This document shows positions 10,871-19,479 of a stretch of DNA of 52,496 nucleotides, piece after piece. The DNA is from Candidatus Moraniibacteriota bacterium. GTDB taxonomy: Bacteria; Patescibacteriota; Minisyncoccia; Moranbacterales; UBA2206. Under the pieces are notes generated by a model that was given only the letters and a program-made list of their open reading frames with translations, made no database searches and had not been told where the DNA came from. Every line of letters starts with the position of its first letter. Position 1 is the first letter of the stretch. Position numbers and translations under genes: made by a program. The stretch is from assembly GCA_030679995.1 (NCBI GenBank), contig JAUXSK010000019.1:1-52496 (forward strand), read 5' to 3'.

Positions 10871-10875
10871 AGATT

Positions 10876-11034
10876 CGGTGCGCCCTGAGGGATTTTCGCG
10901 TCGTCCGCGGCGGACTCCTTGTCCTGGGCAGCGCTGGATGCTCGCTTGCTCACATCCATCGTCGTTTGTCTGTGCCGCGGCGGGCTTGCTTCACTCCTGC
11001 CCGTTCGAATTCCTCATGGAAAATTTAAAAAAAA
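10876..11034 (-). mobile_element. tRNA-Arg(UCG) 3'-linked element, copy A
   Basis: 10876-10894 duplicates 11035-11053 (19 bp of the tRNA 3' end); 11003-11016 is an inverted copy of the T arm (13/14); core about 90% identical to 16921-17040. Confidence 0.8.
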
Positions 11035-11037
11035 CGG

Positions 11038-11110
11038 TGCGCCCTGAGGGATTCGAACCCCCGGCCCTCTGGTTCGAAGCCAGATACTCTATCCACTGAG
11101 CTAAGGGCGC
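11038..11110 (-). tRNA. tRNA-Arg(UCG)
   Basis: Cloverleaf GCGCCCTTAGCTCAGTGGATAGAG…TCTGG-CTTCGAA-CCAGA…GGTTCGAATCCCTCAGGGCGCA. Confidence 0.95.
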
Positions 11111-11207
11111 AAACAATAAAAAAAATAGGCGGAACTTCCTGCCTGCCAGCAGGTATCCGTTGAGTTAAGGGTGCATAACTTTTGATTTTTTAAGAAATCT
11201 ACAGGGG

Positions 11208-11279
11208 GGCGATCACTGGGAATCGGACCCAGATACTCGGTACCACAAACCGATGTTCTACCACTGAACTATGATCGCC
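11208..11279 (-). tRNA. tRNA-His(GUG)
   Basis: G-1:C73 pair; anticodon arm TCGGT-TTGTGGT-ACCGA; T-loop TCCGATT. Confidence 0.93.
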
Positions 11280-11308
11280 ACTCTGGAGACTTCCCGTTCT
11301 CTTTCCTG

Positions 11309-11381
11309 TGCACCCACTAGGACTTGAACCTAGGACCATATCCTTAAGAGGGATCTGCTCTACCAACTGAGCTATGGGTGC
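11309..11381 (-). tRNA. tRNA-Lys(CUU)
   Basis: GCACCCATAGCTCAGTTGGTAGAGC…ATCC-CTCTTAA-GGAT…GGTTCAAGTCC. Confidence 0.95.
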
Positions 11382-11410
11382 AAAACTATAATTTTAAATT
11401 GCCGATTATG

Positions 11411-11483
11411 TGCGCCTGGCAGGAATCGAACCTGCGACCAATAGCTTAGAAGGCTACTGCTCTATCCACTGAGCTACAGGCGC
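11411..11483 (-). tRNA. tRNA-Arg(UCU)
   Basis: GCGCCTGTAGCTCAGTGGATAGAGC…TAGC-CTTCTAA-GCTA…GGTTCGATTCC. Confidence 0.95.
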
Positions 11484-11587
11484 AGATTTCAATGCTTAAA
11501 GGGCGCGATAAGAGTCAAAACATAAAATTGCCTAAAGGCAATATAGCCATCCTAGCAGGAAAAGCGCAATCAGTCAATATTTGCCGG

Positions 11588-12886
11588 CTAAGTCCGCTTA
11601 TTTTCTTTCAAATATTTCGACCATTCATTTTTTGACCAATCATCAGGTTTTTCAGTTAAGACTTGTCCGGGATGCGGGTATTTATTCGGTGAATCATAAC
11701 TGCTATTGAAGACGTCTTCCCGGATCAATTTGCCATCAGCATCAAATACTTGCTGGGAAAAGGTCGTTTTCATCGATCCGTCCGGTTTTCTTTCAAGAAT
11801 AGTCGGACCGATCACATCGGTCTTGCGGCCATCCGAAGTGCCGAAGAATCTGAATATTAATTCCGTTCCGACAATTTCAGTCTGGATCAGGATATGGCCG
11901 GGGGTGTTGTTAATGAAGCGCAAATCGGGCCGGGGCACATAGACTGTGGCATCCATACCTTGAGGATTGTAATACGAAACCGGATAGGCGTGATTACGGC
12001 GGGCGGTTATTTCAAGGCCGCCATAAATAGCGGCACGGAAAGCCGTGGTTGAAACTTGGCAGATTCCGCCGCCGAATTCCGGCTCGGTTTTGTCTTTTTT
12101 AATGACCAATTCCGGTAGATAGCCATGCTCGCCATCGACTTCACCTAATATTTTTACAAAAGAGAATTCTTCACCTGGCTTGATGAGTGTTCCGTTAAAA
12201 CGGTTGGTGGCGACTTTGATATTGAAGACGCGGTTCTTAGGGGAGCCACGAAAATTTGAGCGTCCCTCGCCGATAAGGGAAGTGATGCCGAGATTATCGA
12301 TAGAATCAGTTCTGACTTCCGGATTTTTCTGGATGTATGGCAAATCAAGGGTGTCGGATGCCCCTTTTTGTGCTAGATGGTTGGCTAGGATAGCGATGCT
12401 TTTTTCTTGGTCAAGTTCGATGCCAAGCTGACTTAGGGTAAAAACTGAGACCTTGCCATTCTCTATAGTCAATTTGGCATTGGTCGGTTCTATGTTCGCT
12501 TGCCTGGATAGATCTTCAATGAACCGTTTCGTTGATCCGGTATCCAAATAGAGGACTGAAGATTTTTGGATATGGTCTTGGTCTTTCAAACTTAGCGCCA
12601 GCGCGCATAGGATGGATTTTTCGTGCTGGCAGATATCCTTGTTTTCAATTTCGGAAACGTAGTCCGGGTTATAGGTGAGGACATTTTTTTCTTTGATCCA
12701 GCTGGAAAGCTCCGTCTTGGTCAGCGGATAGGTCTTAGTGCCGACTTTAAGCGTGAGTTCCTTGAATACGCCGTCAGTTTGGCTGGCAGAAGAAAACTTT
12801 CCCAAAGGGATTGTTTCGGCCAGAGCGGTGCTACTTCCGATAAGGAGTAGACAGCTAAAAATGATTGTTGTCAGAAGATTTAACAT
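11588..12886 (-). CDS. VanW-family secreted protein, probably with a peptidoglycan-binding region
   Basis: Signal peptide; GGGICQVSTTAFRAA, RRNHAYPVSYY, DLRFINNT. Confidence 0.9.
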   Translation of the reverse strand: MLNLLTTIIFSCLLLIGSSTALAETIPLGKFSSASQTDGVFKELTLKVGTKTYPLTKTELSSWIKEKNVLTYNPDYVSEIENKDICQHEKSILCALALSLKDQDHIQKSSVLYLDTGSTKRFIEDLSRQANIEPTNAKLTIENGKVSVFTLSQLGIELDQEKSIAILANHLAQKGASDTLDLPYIQKNPEVRTDSIDNLGITSLIGEGRSNFRGSPKNRVFNIKVATNRFNGTLIKPGEEFSFVKILGEVDGEHGYLPELVIKKDKTEPEFGGGICQVSTTAFRAAIYGGLEITARRNHAYPVSYYNPQGMDATVYVPRPDLRFINNTPGHILIQTEIVGTELIFRFFGTSDGRKTDVIGPTILERKPDGSMKTTFSQQVFDADGKLIREDVFNSSYDSPNKYPHPGQVLTEKPDDWSKNEWSKYLKENKRT

Positions 12887-12892
12887 AAGTTA

Positions 12893-12921
12893 AGAATAGC
12901 CTAAATTTGCTCTAAAATCAA
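12893..12921 (-). promoter_or_regulatory. Promoter of the VanW gene, probably leaderless
   Basis: TTGATT-17 nt-TATTCT, 6 nt before the ATG. Confidence 0.6.
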
Positions 12922-12937
12922 TACTTCCGGGATATGG

Positions 12938-12964
12938 AAAACGCCCCGCATATCGGGGCGTTTT
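12938..12964 (-). terminator. Terminator after the Hsp20 gene
   Basis: AAAACGCCCCG-catat-CGGGGCGTTTT. Confidence 0.8.
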
Positions 12965-12980
12965 GTCGCACTTTTCGGCT

Positions 12981-13505
12981 CTAGAAGCCGCGAACCTGGA
13001 TTTTTTTAGTCTTAGTATTGTCAGCTTTCGGCAGGCGGATAGTCAAAATTCCGTTTTTCATCGAAGCTTCCGCTTTGTCAGCCAGGACATCGATCGGTAA
13101 AATAACCGATCTGGAGAAACTTCCCCAGTAACATTCCTGGTAGTAATAATTTTCTTCACTGACCATTTCTTCATTCTTCCTTTCGCCACGGATACTGACC
13201 ATATCGCTGTTGATTGTCACATCCAAATCTTCCGGTTTGACGCCCGCTATAGTCGATTTGATGACGATATCATTGTCAGTTTGATAGACATCTATGGTGA
13301 GTTGTCCTTCACCGTCTTCACTGGAAGCCGGGCTTTCTTCCGGCATGGTCCTCCGGGTGGAAGAATTTATCAACATTTCCTCGGATTCTTCCTCTTCTTC
13401 ATAGATTTTAGCTAATGGCCTGATAGGGGTTTCAAATTCCTGATTTTCATCAATATTACTTGAACCGGTGAGTCTTTCCAAAAAAGATCGCTTCACTTTA
13501 ATCAT
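12981..13505 (-). CDS. Small heat-shock protein (Hsp20/alpha-crystallin)
   Basis: IDVYQTD…GVKPEDLDV…GSFSRSVILP…ASMKNGILTIRLPK. Confidence 0.93.
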   Translation of the reverse strand: MIKVKRSFLERLTGSSNIDENQEFETPIRPLAKIYEEEEESEEMLINSSTRRTMPEESPASSEDGEGQLTIDVYQTDNDIVIKSTIAGVKPEDLDVTINSDMVSIRGERKNEEMVSEENYYYQECYWGSFSRSVILPIDVLADKAEASMKNGILTIRLPKADNTKTKKIQVRGF

Positions 13506-13585
13506 TTTTTTGTGAATATTATTTTATTATCTGAAATAATTATAATCGAAGGCGCCATATTTTGCAAATGACAAAAATTCCGCGA

Positions 13586-14146
13586 TCAGACTTTTGTCCG
13601 GATGGATTTGCGGTTGAATGCGGCCAGCAAAAGGAAAGAAAATGCTAGCTCTGAATAAATTGCCACATAACCCAAACCATATATAACCGATAAATTATAA
13701 GCCAGATGCAGGGCGAAGGCGAGTCCGATGATTTTGATGGCCGGGATATTTTTTTTGAGCAATAGCGTGCCGATAATTCCGGCAGTAGCGATATGCAATA
13801 ATGGGGTGCCTAATAACCGGAAGCCAAGGAGGTCATCGTGGGATGGGAAAGTTTGGCTCAGGAAAAAAAGTATTTCAACCAAGGAGAAGCCTGCTCCGAA
13901 AACAAGCGCCATGGAAATTTTTGGCGGCTGGCTGCCAAGCGCGGAATATAATTTGACTAGCAGGATATATTTGGAAATCTCCTCAACCAAAACGACGATA
14001 AGCAAAAAGATCGTCATTCCGATAAAATAATCCACTGCGATGTCTTTTGAGGATACGACGTAATATGCATTCGACAGGATAAGTTCGATGCACAGCGCTC
14101 CCGAAGCGGCTAGTAAACCAAAGACAAGGGATTTGATGAATCGCAT
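13586..14146 (-). CDS. PrsW-family intramembrane metalloprotease-like protein
   Basis: Multi-TM with VEEISK, GAGFSLVE, HxxxxG and HxxYN motifs. Confidence 0.7.
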   Translation of the reverse strand: MRFIKSLVFGLLAASGALCIELILSNAYYVVSSKDIAVDYFIGMTIFLLIVVLVEEISKYILLVKLYSALGSQPPKISMALVFGAGFSLVEILFFLSQTFPSHDDLLGFRLLGTPLLHIATAGIIGTLLLKKNIPAIKIIGLAFALHLAYNLSVIYGLGYVAIYSELAFSFLLLAAFNRKSIRTKV

Positions 14147-14159
14147 ATTTTGTATTTTT

Positions 14160-15221
14160 TTATAACTTCAAATTAGCTTCGGTTGTAAGCTCTTTCCAAT
14201 TGGAAAACAGCGTATCGTTGAGGCCATTTTTTTGCTGCCTGAAAAAAGCGGCGGTAGCGACCATAGCCGCGTTATCCAATTGGAAGGAGGGATCCGGGAA
14301 AGAAAAGTCCGTGCCGGCAAGTTGTTGCGAAACGGCTTTGCCAAGCTGGATTTGCAACTGGGTGTTGGCACTGACTCCGCCGGCCAGTATGATAGTTTTC
14401 GGTTTGTGGATTTTTGCGGCCGCGACGGTTTTTGCCAGGAGGACGTCGATAACGGCTTGTTGGAATTCATAGGCGACTTGCCGGACGAATTTTTTATCAG
14501 CCAGCCGGGCTTGGTTTTTTTTCACAAGATAGAGGACGGATGTTTTGAGGCCGGAAAAAGAAAAATTAAAATTTTTGCTGGCGATCATCGGTCTGGGAAA
14601 ACTGATCGGAAAAAGGGATTTTTCCGGCTTGAATTCGTCCGCCAATTTTGAAATTATCGGTCCGCCCGGATAGCTAAGGCCTAGGATCCTGGCAACCTTA
14701 TCGAAGGCTTCGCCAGCGGCGTCATCTTGCGTTTCACCGATTATTTCATAATCCAAATGTTTTTTCATCAATACTAGCTGTGTGTGTCCGCCGGAAACGA
14801 CCAGGCAGAGGACAGGGAAAGCGATATCCCCAGGATCTTTAGCAATAAAATTGGCATAGATATGTCCTTCGATATGATGGATGCCCAGTAATGGTTTTTG
14901 CCAGGCGTAAGCGATAGTTTTGGCGGTGTTGGTGCCGATAAGAAGGGCGGGAATGAGTCCCGGGCCTTGGGTGACGGCGATAAGGTCAATGTTTTCCTTA
15001 CGGATGTCCGCTTCAGCCAGGCTGGCTTGTATGACCGGCAGGATATTGCGCAGATGCTCGCGTGCCGCCAGATTAGGCACTACGCCGCCCCATCGGGCGT
15101 GCAAGCGTATCTGGGAAGAGATAACATTGGATAACGGTTTGATAGAACCGCTTTTTTCATCTATTCTTATTATAGCGGCTGCGGTTTCATCGCAAGAAGT
15201 TTCTATTCCTAAGATATACAT
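14160..15221 (-). CDS. tsaD: tRNA N6-adenosine threonylcarbamoyltransferase
   Basis: ILGIETSCDET, GGVVP, HHIEGH, VSGGHT, DDAAGEAFDK, DNAAMV. Confidence 0.97.
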   Translation of the reverse strand: MYILGIETSCDETAAAIIRIDEKSGSIKPLSNVISSQIRLHARWGGVVPNLAAREHLRNILPVIQASLAEADIRKENIDLIAVTQGPGLIPALLIGTNTAKTIAYAWQKPLLGIHHIEGHIYANFIAKDPGDIAFPVLCLVVSGGHTQLVLMKKHLDYEIIGETQDDAAGEAFDKVARILGLSYPGGPIISKLADEFKPEKSLFPISFPRPMIASKNFNFSFSGLKTSVLYLVKKNQARLADKKFVRQVAYEFQQAVIDVLLAKTVAAAKIHKPKTIILAGGVSANTQLQIQLGKAVSQQLAGTDFSFPDPSFQLDNAAMVATAAFFRQQKNGLNDTLFSNWKELTTEANLKL

Positions 15222-15380
15222 ATTTTTTTTGCCTGATTCGGCGCAAGACGGATTATGGTATCATACATTGGTATTGTATGCGATTCTAGGATAATTCACA
15301 AATGAAATATTGGTTCTGATAATAAGTATTAATTGATAATCAGCGTGGAGGAAATCAGCAAAATAGGCGATTTTGAAGCT

Positions 15381-15977
15381 ATGGGAAAAGCGCAGGCCGG
15401 ATTGGATGATAACCAATTGGTCAAATTGATCCAAGCCGGAGAGGTGGATTTGTTTGCTGCGATTATCGAAAGATACCAAGGCAAGCTGTTCGCTTATCTT
15501 TATCGCTTGATCGGCAACCGGGAGGAAGCGGAAGATCTGTTGCAAAATGTTTTTATCAAGGCTTTTGAAAACATGCAAAGCTACGATGCGGAGCGGAAAT
15601 TTTCTTCCTGGATATATCGGATCGCCCACAATGAGGCGGTCAACTATATCAAGAGGAAGTCGCTGAAAAAATTCATTTCCTGGGAAGATATCACTTCGAC
15701 CAAAGATAAATTGGCGAGCAATAGCGCGGAAGACGGCGCCGACCATCTTTGGCTTCGGAAAGAGGCGATAGGGGAGGTTGATGAAGCCATCAATCGGCTG
15801 CCGATCAAATACAAACAGGTCCTGATATTGCGCTATTATTCGGAAAAATCATATGAGGAAATAAGCGAGATTTTGCAAAAACCGGTCAATACGGTCGGAA
15901 CATTGATTAACAGGGCTAAGAAAAAAATGGCGGAAGAAATGGAGAAATTGAACGACCGGAGCAATCCGCCAAGCTAG
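15381..15977 (+). CDS. ECF RNA polymerase sigma factor
   Basis: AEDLLQNVFIKA, FSSWIYRIAHN, SYEEISEIL…TVGTLINRAK; ATG at 15381 preferred over the TTG at 15333. Confidence 0.93.
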   Translation: MGKAQAGLDDNQLVKLIQAGEVDLFAAIIERYQGKLFAYLYRLIGNREEAEDLLQNVFIKAFENMQSYDAERKFSSWIYRIAHNEAVNYIKRKSLKKFISWEDITSTKDKLASNSAEDGADHLWLRKEAIGEVDEAINRLPIKYKQVLILRYYSEKSYEEISEILQKPVNTVGTLINRAKKKMAEEMEKLNDRSNPPS

Positions 15978-16021
15978 ATTTTTATCCAAACGGAAAGTAT
16001 ATCAATTAAGCGAGAAACAAG

Positions 16022-16681
16022 ATGAAACAGGAAATAATGCAGAAGATAAAGGAAAAAAAAATCCGGATGCGGCCCGCTTCCCTTTTTTTGGCTCAAAAAT
16101 TGGGGTTGGAAAGCGTTTTGGCGTTGTCGATTCTGGCTAGCGCTTTTTTATTGAGTACATTCCTGTATTTTTTGAAAAAAACCGGGGTTATGAAGTTTAT
16201 GGCGTTCGGCTGGCCGGGGCTGAAGATAATTTTACTGACATTGCCGTATGATTACATCATCCTTTTTATCATAACCATCGTATTGGCTAATTTCATAATC
16301 CATAAATTCGATTTGTCGCGCGGAATATGTATGGATTCCAATATAGCCGTCCTTGCCTTGCTGGCAGTTACGCTCCTTTTGGGTTCTTTTTTCGCGGTCG
16401 CCGGCGCAGAAGATGTTATGGGTGGATGGTTCAAGAAAACGATTCCGGGCGACATCGCCGTTTCAGGTCGGATTATCGAATCTTCCGGCAACCAAGTCGT
16501 AATCAGGGATTTTGACGGCTCCGTACGGATATTGAATTTTGACAGCCTGAAGGATATCGATAGCTCTCCGGACAGAAAAAAATATGAACAAAACAAAATT
16601 TTGCGGGCGGTCGGCAAGCGCGACGATGAGAATCGGGCCGAATTCCATGTTGAAATAGTCGAGTGTTGCGATGAGGATTAG
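16022..16681 (+). CDS. Membrane protein co-transcribed with the ECF sigma, candidate anti-sigma factor
   Basis: Several TM helices and a short soluble C-terminal domain; 44 bp downstream of the sigma gene. Confidence 0.7.
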   Translation: MKQEIMQKIKEKKIRMRPASLFLAQKLGLESVLALSILASAFLLSTFLYFLKKTGVMKFMAFGWPGLKIILLTLPYDYIILFIITIVLANFIIHKFDLSRGICMDSNIAVLALLAVTLLLGSFFAVAGAEDVMGGWFKKTIPGDIAVSGRIIESSGNQVVIRDFDGSVRILNFDSLKDIDSSPDRKKYEQNKILRAVGKRDDENRAEFHVEIVECCDED

Positions 16682-16796
16682 GTTTTTCGGTTTGATAGCA
16701 TGAATCGACATATAGGGTAATTTTCAGCGGTTTTCCAGCAGCCGCTTGATTTATTTTTAGTTTGTGTTATTATTTCTACTGTTATCAAAAAGACAT

Positions 16797-16874
16797 GCCG
16801 CCATCGTCTAGCCCGGTCAGGACGCCAGGTTTTCATCCTGGAAATCAGGGGTTCGAATCCCCTTGGCGGTACCA
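16797..16874 (+). tRNA. tRNA-Glu(UUC)
   Basis: GCCGCCATCGTCTAG…CCAGG-TTTTCAT-CCTGG…GTTCGAATCCCCTTGGCGGTACCA. Confidence 0.95.
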
Positions 16875-16908
16875 AAAAGAAAAGCTTCCCTTAACAGGAA
16901 GTTTTTTT

Positions 16909-17088
16909 GTCGTCAAGGGGATTCGAACGGGCAGAGGTGAGGCAAGCCGCCGCGGCGCAGACGAATGCCGATGGATGCGAGCAAGCGAGCGTTCAGCGCT
17001 GCCCAGGACAAGGAGTCCGCCGCGGACGACGCGAAAATCCCCTTGGCGGTACCAAAAAGAAAAGCTTCTCTTAACAGGAAGTTTTTTT
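16909..17088 (+). mobile_element. tRNA-Glu 3'-linked element, copy B
   Basis: 17036-17088 repeats 16856-16908 (tRNA 3' end plus terminator, 1 mismatch, 180 bp period); 16914-16928 is a perfect inverted copy of 16851-16865; core shared with copy A. Confidence 0.85.
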
Positions 17089-17147
17089 TGTCCGGATTAA
17101 GTGGTATAATCCGGAAAGATGGGCGGTTGGCGATTTGCTGGGGTCGA

Positions 17148-17176
17148 TTGACCTTTGCGCCAGAAAGTGGTATGCT
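17148..17176 (+). promoter_or_regulatory. Sigma70 promoter for the glycosyltransferase gene
   Basis: TTGACC-17 nt-TATGCT with extended -10 TG. Confidence 0.65.
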
Positions 17177-17194
17177 GTCCGATAAATCCTATAT

Positions 17195-18880
17195 ATGTTC
17201 AAATTTCCCGATCCAAAAACTATCGACCCGCAGGAGCGCAAAAAACAGCGCTTTTTTGAGGTTATTCCCGGGGCGATGACCTGGAGCACTTTCGCTTTGA
17301 TGATCGGTGTGTCCTGGTTTTTTCCGGTGGCGGCGGCTATCGCGATCATAGTTTTCGACGTCTATTTCATCTTGAAAATAATCTTCATCACTTACTATTC
17401 CCTGAAAGGCCATTTCAAGATGTTGGAAGGCAAGAAGACCGACTGGTGGGAGCGTTGCCAAAACATCGTCCATCCGGAAGAATATGCTTCGGATCTGGCA
17501 CTGCGCATCCAGGCGATGCGAACGTCTTTGAAAGAGATGCCGTTTTTCGACATCAGGAAAAGGTGGACGGTCAGGTCCAGGATAAAGAAAGAAAAAATAT
17601 TATTGAAAGAAGTGGAAAAGTTGGTTCCGATCGCTTCGGAAATTTGGGATTGGCGCTCCATCGTGCACGTGGTTTTTTTGCCGACAGCTAATGAGCCGGC
17701 GGAAATTATCGAACCGGCCATCCAATCTTTGGCGGATGCGAATTTTCCTAAGAGCCAGATGATCATCGTTTTAGGCACGGAGGAACGGGAGAGTCCGGAA
17801 ACGCGCTTGCCAAAGGTGGAATATCTGACCAAAAAATTCCAAGGAGTCTTCCGGGATTTTTTGGTGACTACGCATGAGGTGGCGGCCGGAGAGATGAGAT
17901 GCAAGGCGTCTAACGCGGCGTATGCCTCGAAAAAACTGATGGCCTATCTGGATGAAAGGCAAATCGATTACAAGAAAGTGATTTTTTCTAATTTCGATTG
18001 CGACAGCGTGGCCCATCCGGAATATTTTGCTGCGCTGACTTACGCTTATATCACGACACCCAAGCGGTTACAACGCGCCTATCAGCCGATCCCGGTCTAT
18101 CATAACACTCTGTGGGACACCAATGCGATCGTGCGGATGATCGTGACCGGTTCGTCCTTCTGGCATCTCTACCAGAGCACGCGCCGCGAGATGGTGACAT
18201 TCTCTTCACATAGCGAACCTTTCGACACTTTGGTCAAAGTCGGTTTCTGGCCGGTCAATATGATCAGTGAGGACTCGATCATCTATTGGAAATGCCTGTC
18301 GTATTTCGACGGCGACTATGAGGTCTATCCGATCCATCTGCCGATCTCATTGGACGCGGTGCTGGCGGAAACCTATTGGAAGACTATCAAAAACCAGTAC
18401 AAGCAGAACCGCCGCTGGGCGTATGGCATTGAAAATTTCCCGATTACGATGCGCGCGATTTGGCCGAATAAAAAAATCGCCCTGAAAACGAAATTGCGGA
18501 TTTCTTTCGAGATGTTGGAAGGCCACTATACTTGGGCAACGACCGCTTTCGTCCTGGCGTTCCTGGGGTGGCTGCCGCTGGCGTTGGGCGGGGAAATTTT
18601 CCGCACGAGCGTTTTGGCGCACAACCTGCCGTTGATCACGCAATACTTGATGCAGATTTCCTTGATGGGGATGTTCGTGTCCATCCCGTTATCGATGCTG
18701 TCGTTGCCGCCGAAACCGGAAAAATATCACTGGACCCGCTATTTCAATATGTTGTTCCAATATGTCCTGTTCCCGATCGTCGCGCTTTTTTCCGCTTTCC
18801 CGGCCATTGATTCGCAGACTCGGATAATGACCAAGAACTATTTCGGCGATTTCTGGGTCACGGAAAAAATCCGCAAGTAG
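17195..18880 (+). CDS. Membrane-bound GT2-family glycosyltransferase (processive synthase-like)
   Basis: KASN, DCD (DxD), ISED, QNRRW (QxxRW) motifs; N- and C-terminal TM helices. Confidence 0.9.
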   Translation: MFKFPDPKTIDPQERKKQRFFEVIPGAMTWSTFALMIGVSWFFPVAAAIAIIVFDVYFILKIIFITYYSLKGHFKMLEGKKTDWWERCQNIVHPEEYASDLALRIQAMRTSLKEMPFFDIRKRWTVRSRIKKEKILLKEVEKLVPIASEIWDWRSIVHVVFLPTANEPAEIIEPAIQSLADANFPKSQMIIVLGTEERESPETRLPKVEYLTKKFQGVFRDFLVTTHEVAAGEMRCKASNAAYASKKLMAYLDERQIDYKKVIFSNFDCDSVAHPEYFAALTYAYITTPKRLQRAYQPIPVYHNTLWDTNAIVRMIVTGSSFWHLYQSTRREMVTFSSHSEPFDTLVKVGFWPVNMISEDSIIYWKCLSYFDGDYEVYPIHLPISLDAVLAETYWKTIKNQYKQNRRWAYGIENFPITMRAIWPNKKIALKTKLRISFEMLEGHYTWATTAFVLAFLGWLPLALGGEIFRTSVLAHNLPLITQYLMQISLMGMFVSIPLSMLSLPPKPEKYHWTRYFNMLFQYVLFPIVALFSAFPAIDSQTRIMTKNYFGDFWVTEKIRK

Positions 18881-18913
18881 TTAAACGCATGCATTGGATT
18901 TTTAATTAACATT

Positions 18914-19438
18914 ATGGTCCTTAAGAGAAAATTTTATAACCGAGATACTCTGCAAACAGCCCAAGATTTATTAGGCTGTTTTTTAGTGCGCAAGATCGGC
19001 AGAAAAACCATCCGGGCGATGATAACCGATGTGGAAGCCTATGCCGGCGAGGATGACCTGGCAAGCCACGCTTCCAAGGGCCGGACGCCGCGGACGGAGA
19101 TGATGTACGGCCAGGCCGGTCACAGTTATATCTATCTGGTCTATGGGATGCATAATGTGATGAATATCGTGACGGAGAAAAAGGATTTTCCGGCGGCGGT
19201 GATGCTCAGGGGTGTGAAAATTGAAAACGTAGATTATAAAAAAACCGATGGCCCTGGCAAATTGTGTAAAGTATTGGAAATAGACCGCCAGCTGAACGGA
19301 TGCAATTTGACCAAGGGGGAGAAATTGTGGATTGAAAAAGGTGAAAAAATCAAAAAAGAAAATATCAAAACTGGCCGAAGGATCGGCATCGATTATGCCC
19401 GGCATTGCAAGCATTATTTGTGGCGGTTCTATTTTTAA
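18914..19438 (+). CDS. mpg: DNA-3-methyladenine glycosylase (MPG family)
   Basis: AQDLLG, EAY, ASH, YIYLVYGMH, GPGKLC, RIGI, WRF. Confidence 0.93.
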   Translation: MVLKRKFYNRDTLQTAQDLLGCFLVRKIGRKTIRAMITDVEAYAGEDDLASHASKGRTPRTEMMYGQAGHSYIYLVYGMHNVMNIVTEKKDFPAAVMLRGVKIENVDYKKTDGPGKLCKVLEIDRQLNGCNLTKGEKLWIEKGEKIKKENIKTGRRIGIDYARHCKHYLWRFYF

Positions 19439-19447
19439 AAAAATAGA

Positions 19448-19479
19448 GTGTCGCTTAACCGTTTAAGCGGCACCTTTTT
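19448..19479. terminator. Terminator between convergent mpg and recG
   Basis: GTGTCGCTTAA-ccgt-TTAAGCGGCAC followed by a T run. Confidence 0.7.

Noticed and set aside
10878-11099. Small ORFs around the tRNA-linked elements (also 10576-10959, 16762-17100, 16965-17279), two sharing SAAQDKESAADDAKIP
   Set aside because: They overlap tRNA genes or other CDSs, and the shared peptide simply reflects the repeated DNA core.
16856-17088. Direct repeats as a CRISPR array or prophage att pair
   Set aside because: Only two units, both derived from the tRNA end; no cas or integrase gene and only about 125 bp between them.
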